The notes under the pieces were generated by a model. The model was not told the DNA's origin and did no database searches. It saw only the letters and a program-made list of their open reading frames with translations. Source: Octopus sinensis (lineage: Eukaryota). Taken from it: a DNA stretch of 64,000 nucleotides. Position 1 is the stretch's first letter. Each line of letters begins with the position of its first letter. The stretch lies in NCBI RefSeq assembly GCF_006345805.1, contig NC_043000.1, forward strand, positions 89,900,001-89,964,000, read 5' to 3'. The translations under genes and the position numbers were made by a program. Shown in pieces: positions 24,617 through 38,129 of the stretch.

Positions 24617-26229
24617 CTATATACCATCAGCTCAGTTGACATGAGTCAACAAATGATCTTCTGCTCGGTTGCTTGATGTGTTAAAAATAGTAACTAAATA
24701 TTCCTCAAATTATGCATTTCTGTCTTAACCCTCTGAACGCGGAAAGTGGATAAACTCGCTTAAATTTTTACTACCGGTAAATGAGGAAAGCGGTTTTGTT
24801 TCACGAAAAGTGGAGACACCTCAGTGACACTTTGTTTTACCAAAGTCAATTTTTCACATTTTCTTAAGTTTATCACATATTTCACCAAATATTTCTCTGC
24901 ACAGTAAGAATCAAAAACTTTTGGAAGCAGGGAAAATATCAATTCTATTTGTTTTGGTGAGTTTTTTAATATTTTCCTTGTTTCAGTCTAGCATGACTGC
25001 GGCCATGCTAGAACACCGCCTTGAAGAACTTTTAGTGGAACGAATCGAACCCAGTATTTAATCTTTAAAACCTGGTATTTATTCTTCTGCCGAACCACTA
25101 AGTTAGGACATAAATACACCAACACCGGTTAGACACAAAAGCACACACATAGATATATCCATAAATACAACGGGCTTCTTTCAGTTTCTGTCTACCAAAT
25201 CCGCTCACAAGATTTTGGTTGGCCTGAGGCTATAGTAGAGGACATTTGCTCAATGTGCCAATGCAGTGGGTTCGAACTCAGAACCATGCGGTTGAGAGGC
25301 AAACTTCTAACAACACAGCCACGGGAATCTTTTTGTTTTTCGTTCTATTTGTTTCAGTCATTTGACTGCGGCCATGCTGGAGCACCGCCTTTAGTCGAGC
25401 AAGTCGACCCCAGGACTTATTCCTTGTAAGCCTAGTATTTATTCTATCGGTCTCTCTTGCCGAACCGCTAAGTGACGGGGACGTAAACACACCAACATAC
25501 GCACACACACACACATGATGGGCTTCTTTCAGTTTTCGTCTACCAAACCCACTCTGAGTTCAAATTCCGCTGAGGTCGACTTTGTCTTTCATCCTTTCGG
25601 GGTCGATTAAATAAGTACCAATTACGAACTTAATCCGTTTGTCTGTCCTTGTTTGTCCTCTGTGTTTAGCCCCTTGTGGGTACTAAAGAAACAGAAATAG
25701 GTATTTCGTCTGTTTACGTTCTGAGTTCAAATTCGGCCGAGGTCGACTTTGCCTTTCATCCTTTCGGGGACGATACATTAAGTACCAGTTGCGTAGTGGG
25801 GTTGATGTAATCGACTGGCCCCTCCCCAGGGCCTTGTGCCTACAGTAGAAAAGATTATTATTCTTTTCTACTATAGGTACAAATCCTGAAATTTAGGGTG
25901 AGGGAGCTAATCAGTTACATCGGTTCCAGAGCTCAAATAGAACTTATTTATTTCATCGACCCCACAATAATAATAGAAACAGTAGTAGCAGCAGCAGCAG
26001 CCATTCAAGAATTTGGACCTGGAAATCTCCATTTCCAGCGACTTCGAGGGCCACCTCCTAGTGGTGTCGGGCGTCAACGAAGAGCCCTCGATTTCAACAA
26101 GACAACCAAGGTTTTGGGGGTTTTTTCCTAAGGTCTGGGGTCTCCCGCCCCTAAGCCCTAGACCATCACCTAATCACCCTTACCCGTCTTGTTGCTTAAC
26201 AACAACAACAGCAAGTGATGGATTTCGTG

Positions 26230-26762
26230 AGGGAGACAGTCGACCACATCGACCTCGGTGTTTCACTAGTACTCAATTTATCGACCCCGAAAGGATGAAA
26301 GGCAAAGTCGACCTCGGCGGAATTTGAACTCAGAACGTAACGGCAGACGAAATACCTATTTCTTTACTACCCACAAGGGGCTAAACACAGAGGGAACAAA
26401 CAAACAGATTAAGTCGATTACATCGACCCCAGTGCGAAACTGGTACTTTATTTATCAACCCCGAAAGGATGAAAGGCAAAGTCGACCTCGGCGGAATTTG
26501 AACTCAGAACGTAACGGTAGACGAAATACCTATTTCTTTACTACCCACAAGGGGTTAAACACAGAGGGAGCAAACAAGGACAGACAAACGGATTAAGTCG
26601 ATTACATCGACCCAGTGCGAAACTGGTACTTTATTTATCGACCCCGAAAGGATGAAAGGCAAAGTCGACCTCGGCGGAATTTGAACTCAGAACGTAACGG
26701 CAGACGAAACACCGCTAAGCATTTCGCCCAGCGTGCTAACGTTTCTGCCAGCTCGCCGCCTT
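26230..26762 (-). repeat. SINE family C head followed by a tandem array of its 174-183 bp B-box/body/tail unit
   Basis: tcgaccccgaaaggatgaaaggcaaagtcgacctcggcggaatttgaactcagaacgtaacgg at 26281, 26455 and 26638; single head ending at 26762. Confidence 0.9.
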
Positions 26763-27189
26763 GATGGCAGTAGTGATAATAATATTCCAATTATACAAAG
26801 TTTGTAAACAAAAACAACGCCACTCAAAGAATGTCTACACATTTGCAAGTTACAATGACCTGGATTAGAAGGTATTAAATTAATATACGAGATAAGGAAA
26901 TAGGACACAACATAATAACTAGGTTATTTCCTACAGAGTCAATGTTTGCGTTGCCTCATTCTCACACACACACACACACGGCTTTTAAGAGTTCGTAAGT
27001 TAAACCTAAATCAAGAAACAGCAGCAGATAAAGTGACAATGTAGAGTTCTCTTTATTTTTCCTTTTATTTTTCATCATTCTTTTTTACCTGTCTTTTAAT
27101 TAAAATATTTTTACAAACTAAATCAAGAGAAACAAACAATGTTTTATGATGTAAAATCATAAAGAAAATCATAAGGTTTCTACTTAAAC

Positions 27190-27203
27190 ATATATACACA
27201 CAC

Positions 27204-27265
<62 letters not shown>

Positions 27266-27865
27266 TTGCAGTTATAACAACAAAACAACAATATATACGT
27301 GTATAATAAAGGCTCGTGTTTCATATACTGAAGGAAGGATTTTTTTAATATATTTTTAACAGCATTTGCCCTAAACACAGAACAGGACTTCTATTACATA
27401 ACGGCGATAGTTCATCCAGTTTACATCCTAAATATATAATATGTATATAACATTATATATAAGTATATACACACATATATATATATACACACACACACGC
27501 ACAACACACATATACAAGTATATATTTACGTGCGTATATATATAAATATACACACATACATACAAGTATATATTTACGTGCAAATATATATATACACATA
27601 CACACACAGACATACAAGTATATATTTACGTGCAAATATATATATATACACACACACATACTTATACATGACCGTATATGCATGCACATTAACATACATA
27701 AATTAGTCATATATATATATATATATATATACATATAAACACACACACACAAATATACACATGTATACATATTTACATAGACACAAACAGCCGTACACGC
27801 ATACAACACACGGACACGTGAATGGATGGATAGACAGACACATACAGAGAAACACACACACACTC
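27190..27865. repeat. Compound (TA)n/(CA)n low-complexity region with a ~35-40 bp sub-unit (catacaagtatatatttacgtg)
   Basis: Sub-unit seen three times at ~27510, 27560 and 27610. Confidence 0.9.
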
Positions 27866-28317
27866 TTTCTCTCTAATATTGAATGGTAGTAACACTAACG
27901 GCAACAATTGTGCCAGCCGTTCACTCAGCTGAAATCCCTACTCAATTGAATTTGAGAATAAATTGTTGAGTAATCCACAGACAAGTGCATCGTTAAGTAC
28001 AGAAACAACAATACCCTTTATAGCACAGAACTAGTCTCTTCAATTGTAAAAACTCTCTCACACACATACATGTGTGTGTACGTATGTATGTATATATATA
28101 TATATATATATAATATATATATATATATTAGTAAAAAGTAAGAGATTACCCCAAAACGATTACCAGTTTGCTCTGTTGGGTATTCAAAATATGTTATTCA
28201 ACAGTTAACATAAATCCAGTTAAGTTCTTATAAGGTAAGAAATTAGAGGAATATTCCGTTGGATAATTCTGAATATATTTCCTTAACCATATAGGTTTCC
28301 TGGAGTATAAATATAAG

Positions 28318-30025
28318 CAATATCAAAAATAAGGTATTACTCCTTAGTAGCAATTGCATTATCTTTTAATTCTATAATTATATACCACCTTTTAAGACCA
28401 ACACATGTTGCACCGATTGTTGCAACTGCAACCCTGCTATAAAACGGTGAAGTCTCTTCAGGGTCTTACCCTGACATCCCTCAGTATGGCCATTTAATGA
28501 TCTTTTATAAACCCTGCTGTCCGTTAATTCAGACGCGAACGATCTCTATTTCAAGTTCTTATGGGATAATCATTTTCAGTCTATCATTTCAAAACCTTGA
28601 ATAGTTTAAATGATAATTATTCATTTATACTTCGCAAATGTGAATTACCTCATCTGCAAGCATCTAAATGCTTGCTCCTGTCTAAAATTTATTACATTAC
28701 CCTTGGATATGAAAATCCTGTGAAATTCTTCTAAACGTAAGTCACATCTATTGAGTCCAGATTTGCATGAGTTTGCAATACAAATTAATTCCCATTTAAT
28801 TGTATTGTCCTTGTTATTGTCCTTACAAGACCAGATTAATTTGCTAAGATTCATTTGGAACCTTTTATTTTTGTCTTTAAACGAATTCAAATGATTTGCT
28901 AGTCTCCTCTTTAAAATTAATGATGTCTCACCGATGTAACTATACATTTATATATTGCATTTTTAGTTTATTTATTTTCCACGTAACAGGATTCCTGTTT
29001 AGAACAATTGCAAAGATAGCCTTTTATATTTCCTTCAGATTCAGTTTCAATTTGATCATTCATTGTAGAATTAAATTCATTTCCACCAAGTTCTTTATTG
29101 CTATTTACTCCTTTAGATAACATTATCTTCGTTCTATGTCTAACTGAATTTTTATTCGACTTGACGTTATTATGTCAAATTTGGTTGTTTCCCTTCCCAC
29201 AACCTTTAATTTCTTAGTGTTCCCTTCTATTTGAGTTCCCTTATTCCGTTTGAGTTATTATGCTTCGAATTTATTAAGCCATTCTGATTGTAATTGCTTT
29301 TTTGAAAGTTCGATATATTTTAACATTAGGTGCTGCTATAATTTATGCAATATTACGGCTAAGACAATAACCAGATCTAATCCTATGTCGATTAAAACTT
29401 TTGTAATATTCGTGATTTCTTGGAAAATATATTTGAATTCCTATATTAAACATTTTGGAAAAATTGTAATTGAGCTGTTTATCAAATGAAACGATTAACC
29501 ATAAAGTATTCGTCGAGTTAAGATCATAATTTTGGCGTTTATACCCGTTTATACAGACCTGGAACCGACAGATATAGCTTATGTTTAGAAGAATTTTACA
29601 GGATTTTTACATTCAAGGATAATGTAGTAAATTCTAGACAGGAGCAAGCATTTAGATGCTTGCAGATGAGGTAATTCACATTTGCGAAGTATAAATGAAT
29701 AATTATCATTTAAACTATACAAAGTTTTGAAATGATGGCCTGAAAATGATTATCCCATAAGAACTTGAAATAGAGATTGTTCGCGTATGACTTAACGGAC
29801 AGCTCTAAACTGTACAACGCAGGGTTTATAAAAGGAAATCATTAAACGACCATACCGAGAGGTATGTGAAGGTAAGACCCTGAAGAGACTGCACCGTTTT
29901 ATAGCAGGGTTGCAATTGCAACGATTACTAATTGGTGCAACATGTGTTGGTCTTAAAAGGTGGTATATAATTATAGAATTAAAGATAATGCTATTGCTAC
30001 TTCAGAATCCTTATTTTTAATATTG
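28318..30025 (-). mobile_element. Decayed Penelope-like element (Neptune-like) with ~420-440 bp inverted terminal arms
   Basis: Minus-strand remnants FPRNHEYYKSFNRHRIRSGYCLSRNIA*II, CNCSKQESCYVENK*TKNAIYKCIVTS (frameshift) and YIGETSLILKRRLANHLNSF...LSKLIW...RCDLRLEE. Arms 28318-28736 and 29583-30025 are reverse complements. Confidence 0.88.
29873..29955 (+). ncRNA. Degenerate hammerhead in PLE right arm (mirror at 28393-28468, minus)
   Basis: TAAGACC-CTGAAGA-[GACTGCACCG...TGGT]-GCAA-C-ATGT-GT-T-GGTCTTA; perfect 7-bp stem I and ACATGT palindrome, but GAAA reads GCAA. Confidence 0.5.
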
Positions 30026-30027
30026 TC

Positions 30028-30437
30028 TATATATATATATATATACAACATACATACATAAAAACAAATATACACAAATGCATGTATATAGTAATATTTA
30101 AGAGACACACACATATCTTCATATATGATATACACATACATATCATCTTATATATAAACACATACATATACACACACATGTATATATACATAAACGCACA
30201 CATACACACATCTATACACACGTATATAACCATATGTACAAATATATACACATATATATACAAACACACACATATATATATACACACATACATATATACA
30301 CACACAATATATATATATATACACACACACACATATATATTCACATATATATATAAACACATACATATATATACATATATATATACACACACACAATATA
30401 TATTCACATATATATATAAACACATACATATATATAT

Positions 30438-30472
<35 letters not shown>

Positions 30473-30494
30473 CACACACACAATATATATTCAC

Positions 30495-30529
<35 letters not shown>

Positions 30530-30575
30530 CACACAATATATATACACACACCAATATATATATATATAATATATA

Positions 30576-30609
<34 letters not shown>

Positions 30610-30625
30610 TACACACACACACAAC
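30028..30625. repeat. ~600 bp compound (TA)n/(CA)n microsatellite between the PLE arm and the CUL1 3' region
   Basis: Direct reading. Confidence 0.97.
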
Positions 30626-30639
30626 ACTATAAATATATA

Positions 30640-32470
30640 CAGAACCAAATGTGGCTTTTTGTATTGTCCTTTCTTGTTCAGTGTGGAAAGGGGTGGGGGT
30701 GAGGAATTAAAGGAGTCAGTCAAAGATGAGAAAGCTGTGTTCATATAGGTTGGCTTTATATGTTTTTGGTATTAAAAGGGATTCCAAGCCTTGTTTCTCT
30801 GGGCAGAGTCTCTACAATGAACTTAAGCAAGCTATCAGCAAAGGCAGTGCCGAAGTCAGATATTGATTGCTGTTTCCCATCAATCAAATGTTCTTTATAT
30901 TAGATACAACAATAACAGTGTGTGTGTACGTGTAAGAGTAATTTTTGCTTTTTTGGAGGTTTTTATTTTTTGCTAAAATTTTATTTACATTCTTACTTTT
31001 AAGGAAATCCTCAAAGAGAAACTGTTTTGTGTTTTATTGCAACTTTTGAAAAACAAGCCAACCATTTCTGAGCTAACTTTCATAAATTTTTGGAGGGGGT
31101 CTTTTTATTTTTATTCCGCAACCCCTTGAAATTAAAAGTTTACCACGTCTTCAAACAATGTTAGGAAAGAAAAAATTAATTCTTTTGTCAAGGCATTCTT
31201 CAATTAATGATTTGATTTGATTGTTAACACTGTGAATATCGTTTTGAGATTTTGGTACAAGAGCATAAGATATCCTGGTGTTGTTATGTAATACAACTTT
31301 GGCTTGAAGAAATCGACATGTATGTTAAGCAAAAATTTGCCTTCAGAAACCAGTTTTAAAGAAGTTCTATCAAAGAAAAACCACAAAAGAAAAGATCAAT
31401 CCACATGGGACAAGGCCACTGTTCATCACATCATATTGTTGATATTAGGTACCGTAAAATTTCTTAATTTCTTATGTTCTATCAACCAAGAGATAGTGTG
31501 GGATAAGAGTAAAGAGAGAGAAGCAAAGAGGGAGAGGGGTGAAGAAATGAACAGAATGACACAGAGAGAAAGGAGTTCTCAAAAAAAAACCAATACCCAC
31601 CTAGGAATATGGAACAATCTCCCAAGAGAATTGCAACGCATTAAAAAGAATAGCAATAAACAGATTGAGAGAAGGAAATAGCTTTGCTTATATTTATTTT
31701 ATTTTTTGTCTGTTTGCTTTGTTTTTTGGATGTATTTTTTTTCTTGGTTTATTTTCTTTTGTTCGTAATTGGGTATTGAACTGGCTGGGTTCTAATTATA
31801 TAAAAAAGATCAAGAGAGGAAAATAGTACCCAAGACAGTCCAAGACAGTGAGTGGACTATATAAGATCTGTGGAGCCAGGGAAAGAGACCAAACATTTCT
31901 CACAAATGAACAGTGAGAAGAATAGAAGAAATTTCAGCAAAGGTGGGAATGTTTCCATTCAAGAAAAGCACAGTTCAGCAAATACAGGAATGTTTTCCAT
32001 TGTACGAGAGCGCATGGAGAATAGAAAAAAAAAAATAATTAAAAATAATAAAAAAATACCAGCTACATCTTCCTCGTTTCAAGGAATGAGAAAGCAATAT
32101 AAATTAATCCATTGATAATTTTTACAAGTTTGTTTTCAGGAAAACATTTTTTTCTAAACAACAACGGGAAGTGAAGAGAGAGGACAGGAGCAGTATTGTA
32201 GAATGCTCAACTCCATTGCTGGAACAACCAGCCAATCAACAAACCAACCAACCAACCAATGCTCTTGTTTGTTGCAATGCTGGTCTGCACAACTTGAAGA
32301 AAATGACACTGCTTTTCAGACACAAAAAACAGAACTGGAGTCAGTTTCTTTTTTGCTCTTCTCCTTCCTGCTAGTAAAGCCGATGACAGCAAAGATCCAG
32401 CAATAAATTAGTGTTGTTATTATTATTAACTGGCTAAATTAAAAACTTCATCTGCAATCAGACACAGGAA
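30640..32470 (-). other. Putative CUL1 3' UTR / downstream unique sequence
   Basis: About 1.8 kb free of SINEs directly after the stop, in a SINE-dense locus. Several minus-strand AATAAA hexamers (plus-strand tttatt near 31693, 31748, 31103, 30961). The true poly(A) site cannot be determined. Confidence 0.4.
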
Positions 32471-32551
32471 CTAGGCTAGGTAACTGTAGACATCTTTTTG
32501 GCCATCGACTCTCTCCAAATATTCTTTCTCAATAAGATTATCGATGCATTT
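32471..32551 (-). CDS. CUL1: CUL1-like terminal exon 17/17: [26 protein letters not shown]
   Basis: 81 nt including TAG; acceptor ttcttcttccAG; canonical cullin C-terminus. Confidence 0.97.
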   Translation of the reverse strand, partial: KCIDNLIEKEYLERVDGQKDVYSYLA

Positions 32552-35500
32552 CTGGAAGAAGAAAAAAAAGAAAACAAGACATCATTCAACATTGCCATCA
32601 TCATTGTCGTCGTCATCAACATCAATATTCAAAGTCCAATTTTCCATGCTTGCATGGGTCAGACAGATTTTCATACTGTAAAGTGGTTGTGTGCATGGAA
32701 GGGTATCCAGTCCTAAAAACCATGCCAAAACTGACCTCACCTGTGCTTCTGCCACATAAAAAGCACCAGTCCACTCTGGTGTAAAAACCTTGCCAAAACA
32801 GACACAGAAGTCTGATGCAGTCATCTGCCTGGCCATCTCCATCAAACAATCCGGCCCATGCCAGCATGGAAAACGGACATTAAACAATGATGGTGATTTT
32901 CTATGACCTAATATGGTTCCTGTTACCAACCCTCATGCATTTCCAAGCAAGGTAATATTTCCATGTGACAAATGTTCTTAGCAGAATATTGGAAATCAAT
33001 GACACTGTTTACATGACAATAATAACCATTTACAATTATCACATCATGTCAAGAGAGGCAGATAATTTATACCAGCTTGTACACACACATGCGGGGCTTC
33101 TTTCAGTTTCCATCTACCAAATTGACTCACAAGGCATTGATCAGCCAGAGCAATAGTAGGAGACATTTGCCCAAGGCTGTACAGTGGGACTGAACTCAAG
33201 ACTATATGGTTGGGAAGCAAGCAAGCTTACTAACTAGCAACATTTGCACCTTTAGATGTTAATAGAAATTCCTTAAATAACCAATTCCTTTTGACAGTTT
33301 TTATAAAGATCTGAAATTGTGTCAATTTCTCAAGCATAGCTGACAAGTAATGAGAAAATAGATTATAACTTAAGAGATAATCCATTCAAATAAAAGCATA
33401 TACATAGACATGTATCCATGCAAATAAGGCATATGTGTGTGCATGCATCTCAGTATATTTGTATATATTTTTTAGGTGTATCTGTGTGAATGTGTCTTCT
33501 TGAAGTTATAAATATATAGCTGTGTAGTAAGAAGTTTGTTTCCCAACCACAAGGTTCTGGTTTCAGTCTGTGTGGCACCTTGGGCATCTTCTACTATAGC
33601 CTTGGGCCAACCAAAGCTTTGTGAGTGGATTGGTAAACAGAAACTGAAAGAAGCCCACTATATGTGTGTGTGTGTCCTACCATTGTTTGACAACTTGTGT
33701 TGGAGTGTTTACCTCCCCATACCTCAGTGGTTCGGCATACGAGACCGGTCGAATAAGTACCAGGCTTTGAAAATAAAAAAAAAAGTCCTGGAGTCAATTT
33801 GTACAACTAAAACCCTTTGAGGCAGTGCCCCAGCATAGCTGCAGTCAAATGACTGTAACAAGTAAAAGAAGATATATATATATATAGGGTTATAGTGACA
33901 TATAAAGGTATGTGTACATGTGCAATAGGTTTTAGGATGTACATCAGACTGGTTCTTGTGCGCGTGATTGTGTGTAAATGCTTTAAGTCTCCCCATACAA
34001 TAAAGTAATAAATTACCTGCCATATCTTTATTTACTCAAATCAAAAACTATTTAAGCATGGGTATGTGGTTGCGGGCATTGGAAAGCCTAGTGTAGAGAT
34101 AGTGTGCTGCACAACCCAGTAACTCTCTCTAATTCCTAGAATTCCTATTCCTACTTCACTTCAAAACTGACCACCACACATTCAACATAAAGTGAAACTC
34201 ATCCTCTCAGATAAATCCTTCAAATGAGTCTGGAATCTGCTATAGCTACCAAGTCGTAAGAAGTAAACTTACATTGCTTCCAAATATGCCGAGTACTTTG
34301 CAAACACTTCAGTCATATCAACATATGTATATAAATATATACTAATATATATTAATATATATGTGTTGGGACTCTCCTATCAAATATGACATACGAGTGT
34401 TCAGCTTTTGCCGAACAACCTGCACAAATGATCTATCAAATGTATGTGCTGTACTTTTGCTCACTTTCTCCATTAATTCGATGTTGCCTAAACAGATGCA
34501 CGGTGTACCACGCGTCAGGTGTTGAATTGATCACAGAGAAACGAACTCAAGAACACAATGCACTAACCCAGTCTAAGAATTGAAACCACAGTCTTCTGAT
34601 CATGAGGGCAACACCTTGACCACTAAGCCATGCCTACTGGTTAGGGTATCGCCCTCAATCATGAGTATGTATAAATACATACATTACTAGCAGTTCTGGT
34701 GTCCATCACAGACAATTTTCATCTGCCAACAATATATACACAAGTGCTTTTATGGACCATGCACTCATTCGAGAGGTCCTCTCAAGGTAAATAACACAGC
34801 ATTTGGTATTTTAACACAACATATATGTTAAGTTGGATATAAAGATTGCCTTTGGTATTAATACTGCTTCTATTCACTCTTTTACGCTTTTACTTGTTTC
34901 AGTCATTTGACTGCGGCCATGCTGGAGCACCGCCTTTAGTTGAGCAAATCGACCCCAGGACTTATTCTTTGTAAGCCTAGTACTTGTTCTATCGGTCTCT
35001 TTTGCCGAGCTGCTAAGTTACGGGGGATGTAAACACACCAGCATCGGTTGTCAAGCGATGTTGGTGGGGACAAACATATACACACACATACATATATACA
35101 TATATACAATGGGCTTCTTTCAGTTTCCGTCTACCAAATCCACTCACAAGGCTTTGGTTGGCCCGAGGCTATAGTAGAAGACACTTGCCCAAGGTGCCAT
35201 GCAGTGGGACTGAATGTTCACCATCCCACTTCCATTGCACACACACACCTCCCTCCCTTTTACATACACATACATATGCTCACACACAGTTGAAAGTCTC
35301 CCACCACCAGTTTGCCATCACCCCTTCCTTCCTTATTCATCTATCACCCCTTCCTTTTTCATTCATATGTTGTGATGGAGAAAAATACAAGAGTATTATT
35401 ATAGTAAACTAATATTCATTTCTTCTTTTACTTGTTTCTGTAATTTGACTGTCACCATGCAAGAGCACCACCTTGAGGGGTTTTAGTCAAATGAATCCAT

Positions 35501-36114
35501 CCCAGGACTTTTTTTTTTAAAGCCTAGTATTTATGCTATCAGTTTCTTTTACCAAGCTACAAAGTTACAGGGACATAAACACAACAGCGGTTGTCAAGCA
35601 GTGATGGGGGGAAAACACAGTCGCACATACATAGATATATACATACACAGATACACGCGCACGCACACACACACACAATGGGCTTCTTTCAGTTTCCCTG
35701 TACCAAATCCACTCACATGGTTTTGCTTGATTCAAGGCCATAGTAGAAGAAACTTGCCCAAGGTGCCAAACAGTAGGACTGAACTTGAACCATGTAGTGA
35801 GAAGGCAAGCTTCTTACCACATAGCCACACCTGCACCTAGATATAATATTACTATATATATATATATCTTATCAACATTAACATCGTTTTGACATGCTTG
35901 CATGAGTCAGAAGGAATGTGCCAAGGGAACATCTATGGCTGGACACTTTTCCAGTTGTCAACCCTCACCCATTTCTAAGGTAATAATTGCCCTTGGATGG
36001 GCATGTTTTCAAGGAAGACTGGAAACACCTGCATCTGTCTAGCATTACGAATTGTCACAACTGTAACTATGGAATGATTACTGAAGAATAAATACTATCT
36101 CAAACACACAATCA

Positions 36115-36430
36115 TCATCATCATCGTTTAACGTCCGTTCTCCATGCTAGCATGGGTTGGACAGTTCAACTGGGGATCTGGGAAGCCAGAAGGCTGCACC
36201 AGGCTCCAGTCTGGTCTGGCAGTGTTTCTACAGCTGGATGCCCTTCCTAACGCCAACCACTCCATGAGTGTAGTGGGTGCTTTTTACGCGCCACCTGCAC
36301 AGGTGCCAGGGGAGGCTGGCAACGGCCACGATCGGATTGATGCATTTTACGTGCCACCAGCACGGAAGCCAGTCAAGGCGGCGCTGGCATCGGCCACGAT
36401 TTGGATGGTGCTTTTTACGTGCCACCAGTA
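36115..36430 (-). mobile_element. RTE 3'-UTR-derived repeat (short copy)
   Basis: (CAT)n + cgtttaacgtccgttctccatgctagcatggg...ggatgcccttcctaacgccaacc, the reverse complement of the 49 kb tail. Further copies ~36716-36866(-), 38380-38535(+), 48295-48483(+), 53075-53370(+), 53745-53920(+), 54120-54330(-), 60455-60580(+). Confidence 0.8.
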
Positions 36431-36670
36431 GTTCATATATATCCGAAAAAGAAGCACACTCTAAAATATTAGAGCAGGAATATATTTAGAAGGTTGAGTG
36501 ATCATTGGTTTCACACCTATAAAGCACTTGGCCATATAGGAAACTTATCAGATTCAAATGGCCTAGCTGTATAGGTGAGTCTGACAAGTTACCTATGCAG
36601 CTAAACACCATATAGATAGGGAACCAATGGTTACTATCTGACTGGCGATAACAAACAACCATACATATCA

Positions 36671-36719
<49 letters not shown>

Positions 36720-36870
36720 CATCATCGTTTAACGTCCGTTCTCCATGCTAGCATGGGTTGGACGGTTCGACCGGGGATCTGGGAAGCCAGAAGGCTGCAC
36801 CAGGCTCCAGTCAGATCTGGCAATGTTTCTACAGCTGGATGCCCTTCCTAACGCCAACCACTCCGTGATA

Positions 36871-37080
36871 CAAGGGGGTGTTGAAAAGTTCCTGGCTTTA
36901 AGAGTATTGCAAAAGGCCTGGTTGGAGGCCCGAAGTTCTTTTACAGGGCTTAGAAAAGCTGAAGGACTACTGCAATGAGTGTGTGAGTCTGAGAGGGGAA
37001 CATGTTTAAATAAAATCATAATCAACCGATCCTCCTGTAGTTTCTTTTAACCAAAACCAGGAACTTTTCAACAGCCCCCG
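36871..37080. mobile_element. Mariner-like MITE, 210 bp
   Basis: TA-CAAGGGGGTGTTGAAAAGTTCCTGGC ... CCAGGAACTTTTCAACAGCCCCCG-CA (right TA decayed); inserted at the end of an RTE-3' repeat. Confidence 0.8.
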
Positions 37081-37359
37081 CATGTGTATGTATAATATAT
37101 ATAAAGGGTAAAGACCCACTTTGGTCATGAATGATTATGGGATTGCATCTCTCCACACTACTGATGTTATCCAAAAGAAAGGCAAAGGCTGATACAGATT
37201 GGCACCAGTGACGTCACAAGTCATTCCTACAGCTGAATGAACTGATGCAATGTGAAATAAAATGTCTTGCTCAAGAACACAACACACAGCCCAGTCCAGG
37301 AATCAAACTCATTACCTTAGGATTATGAGCCAGACACCCAAACCGCTGAGCCATATATG

Positions 37360-37430
<71 letters not shown>

Positions 37431-37499
37431 ACTGCTGTATAAAAAAACGTTCTGTAATTCATTAACAACATCATAAGTAATATATGCAACACCACTGAC

Positions 37500-37613
37500 C
37501 TTGATAAGAGGAACTTTGGGTTTAAAATGTGATGACACTTGAGTACAAACTTCTTGTAAAAGGTTTTGATGTTTTAACTCTTTTCTCATCTTCATAATTC
37601 TAACAATAGCAGC
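37500..37613 (-). CDS. CUL1: CUL1-like exon 16/17: [38 protein letters not shown] (neddylation lysine in IVRIMK)
   Basis: 114 nt, phase 0-0; acceptor attgcAG, donor GTcag. Confidence 0.97.
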
Positions 37614-37922
37614 CTGCAATTAGATAGGTAGACATTTAGTAATTTACTAATATACAACTTACACAGACACATACATATATTATCATCATTGTTTTCAATG
37701 TCCACTTTTCCAAGCAAGCACGGATCAGACAGTATTTGTTGAGGCAGAATTTTCAAACAGCCAGAATGCCCATCCTGTCACCACCCTTCCTCCTTCTACT
37801 TCCAATGGTCAGGCGTATTTTCCATAGAAAACTGGAAACAAACGACATCGTGTGTCTGGCAATGACGCTTAGTAACAACCAACACACAATGTTAAGACAA
37901 AGACACAATAACACACACATGC

Positions 37923-37985
<63 letters not shown>

Positions 37986-38098
37986 ACACACCATACACAC
38001 ATCAAAACAGAAAACTAGGAAATTTGGTATATTTTTAATTCTATGTTGTATGTGGAATTAACATGTTAAGACAAAGAGACAGTAACACACACAATTAC

Positions 38099-38129
<31 letters not shown>

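Noticed and set aside
26281-26762. Regular repeats resembling a CRISPR array or retrozyme tandem
   Set aside because: Units are contiguous SINE segments without unique spacers or a hammerhead core, in a eukaryotic context
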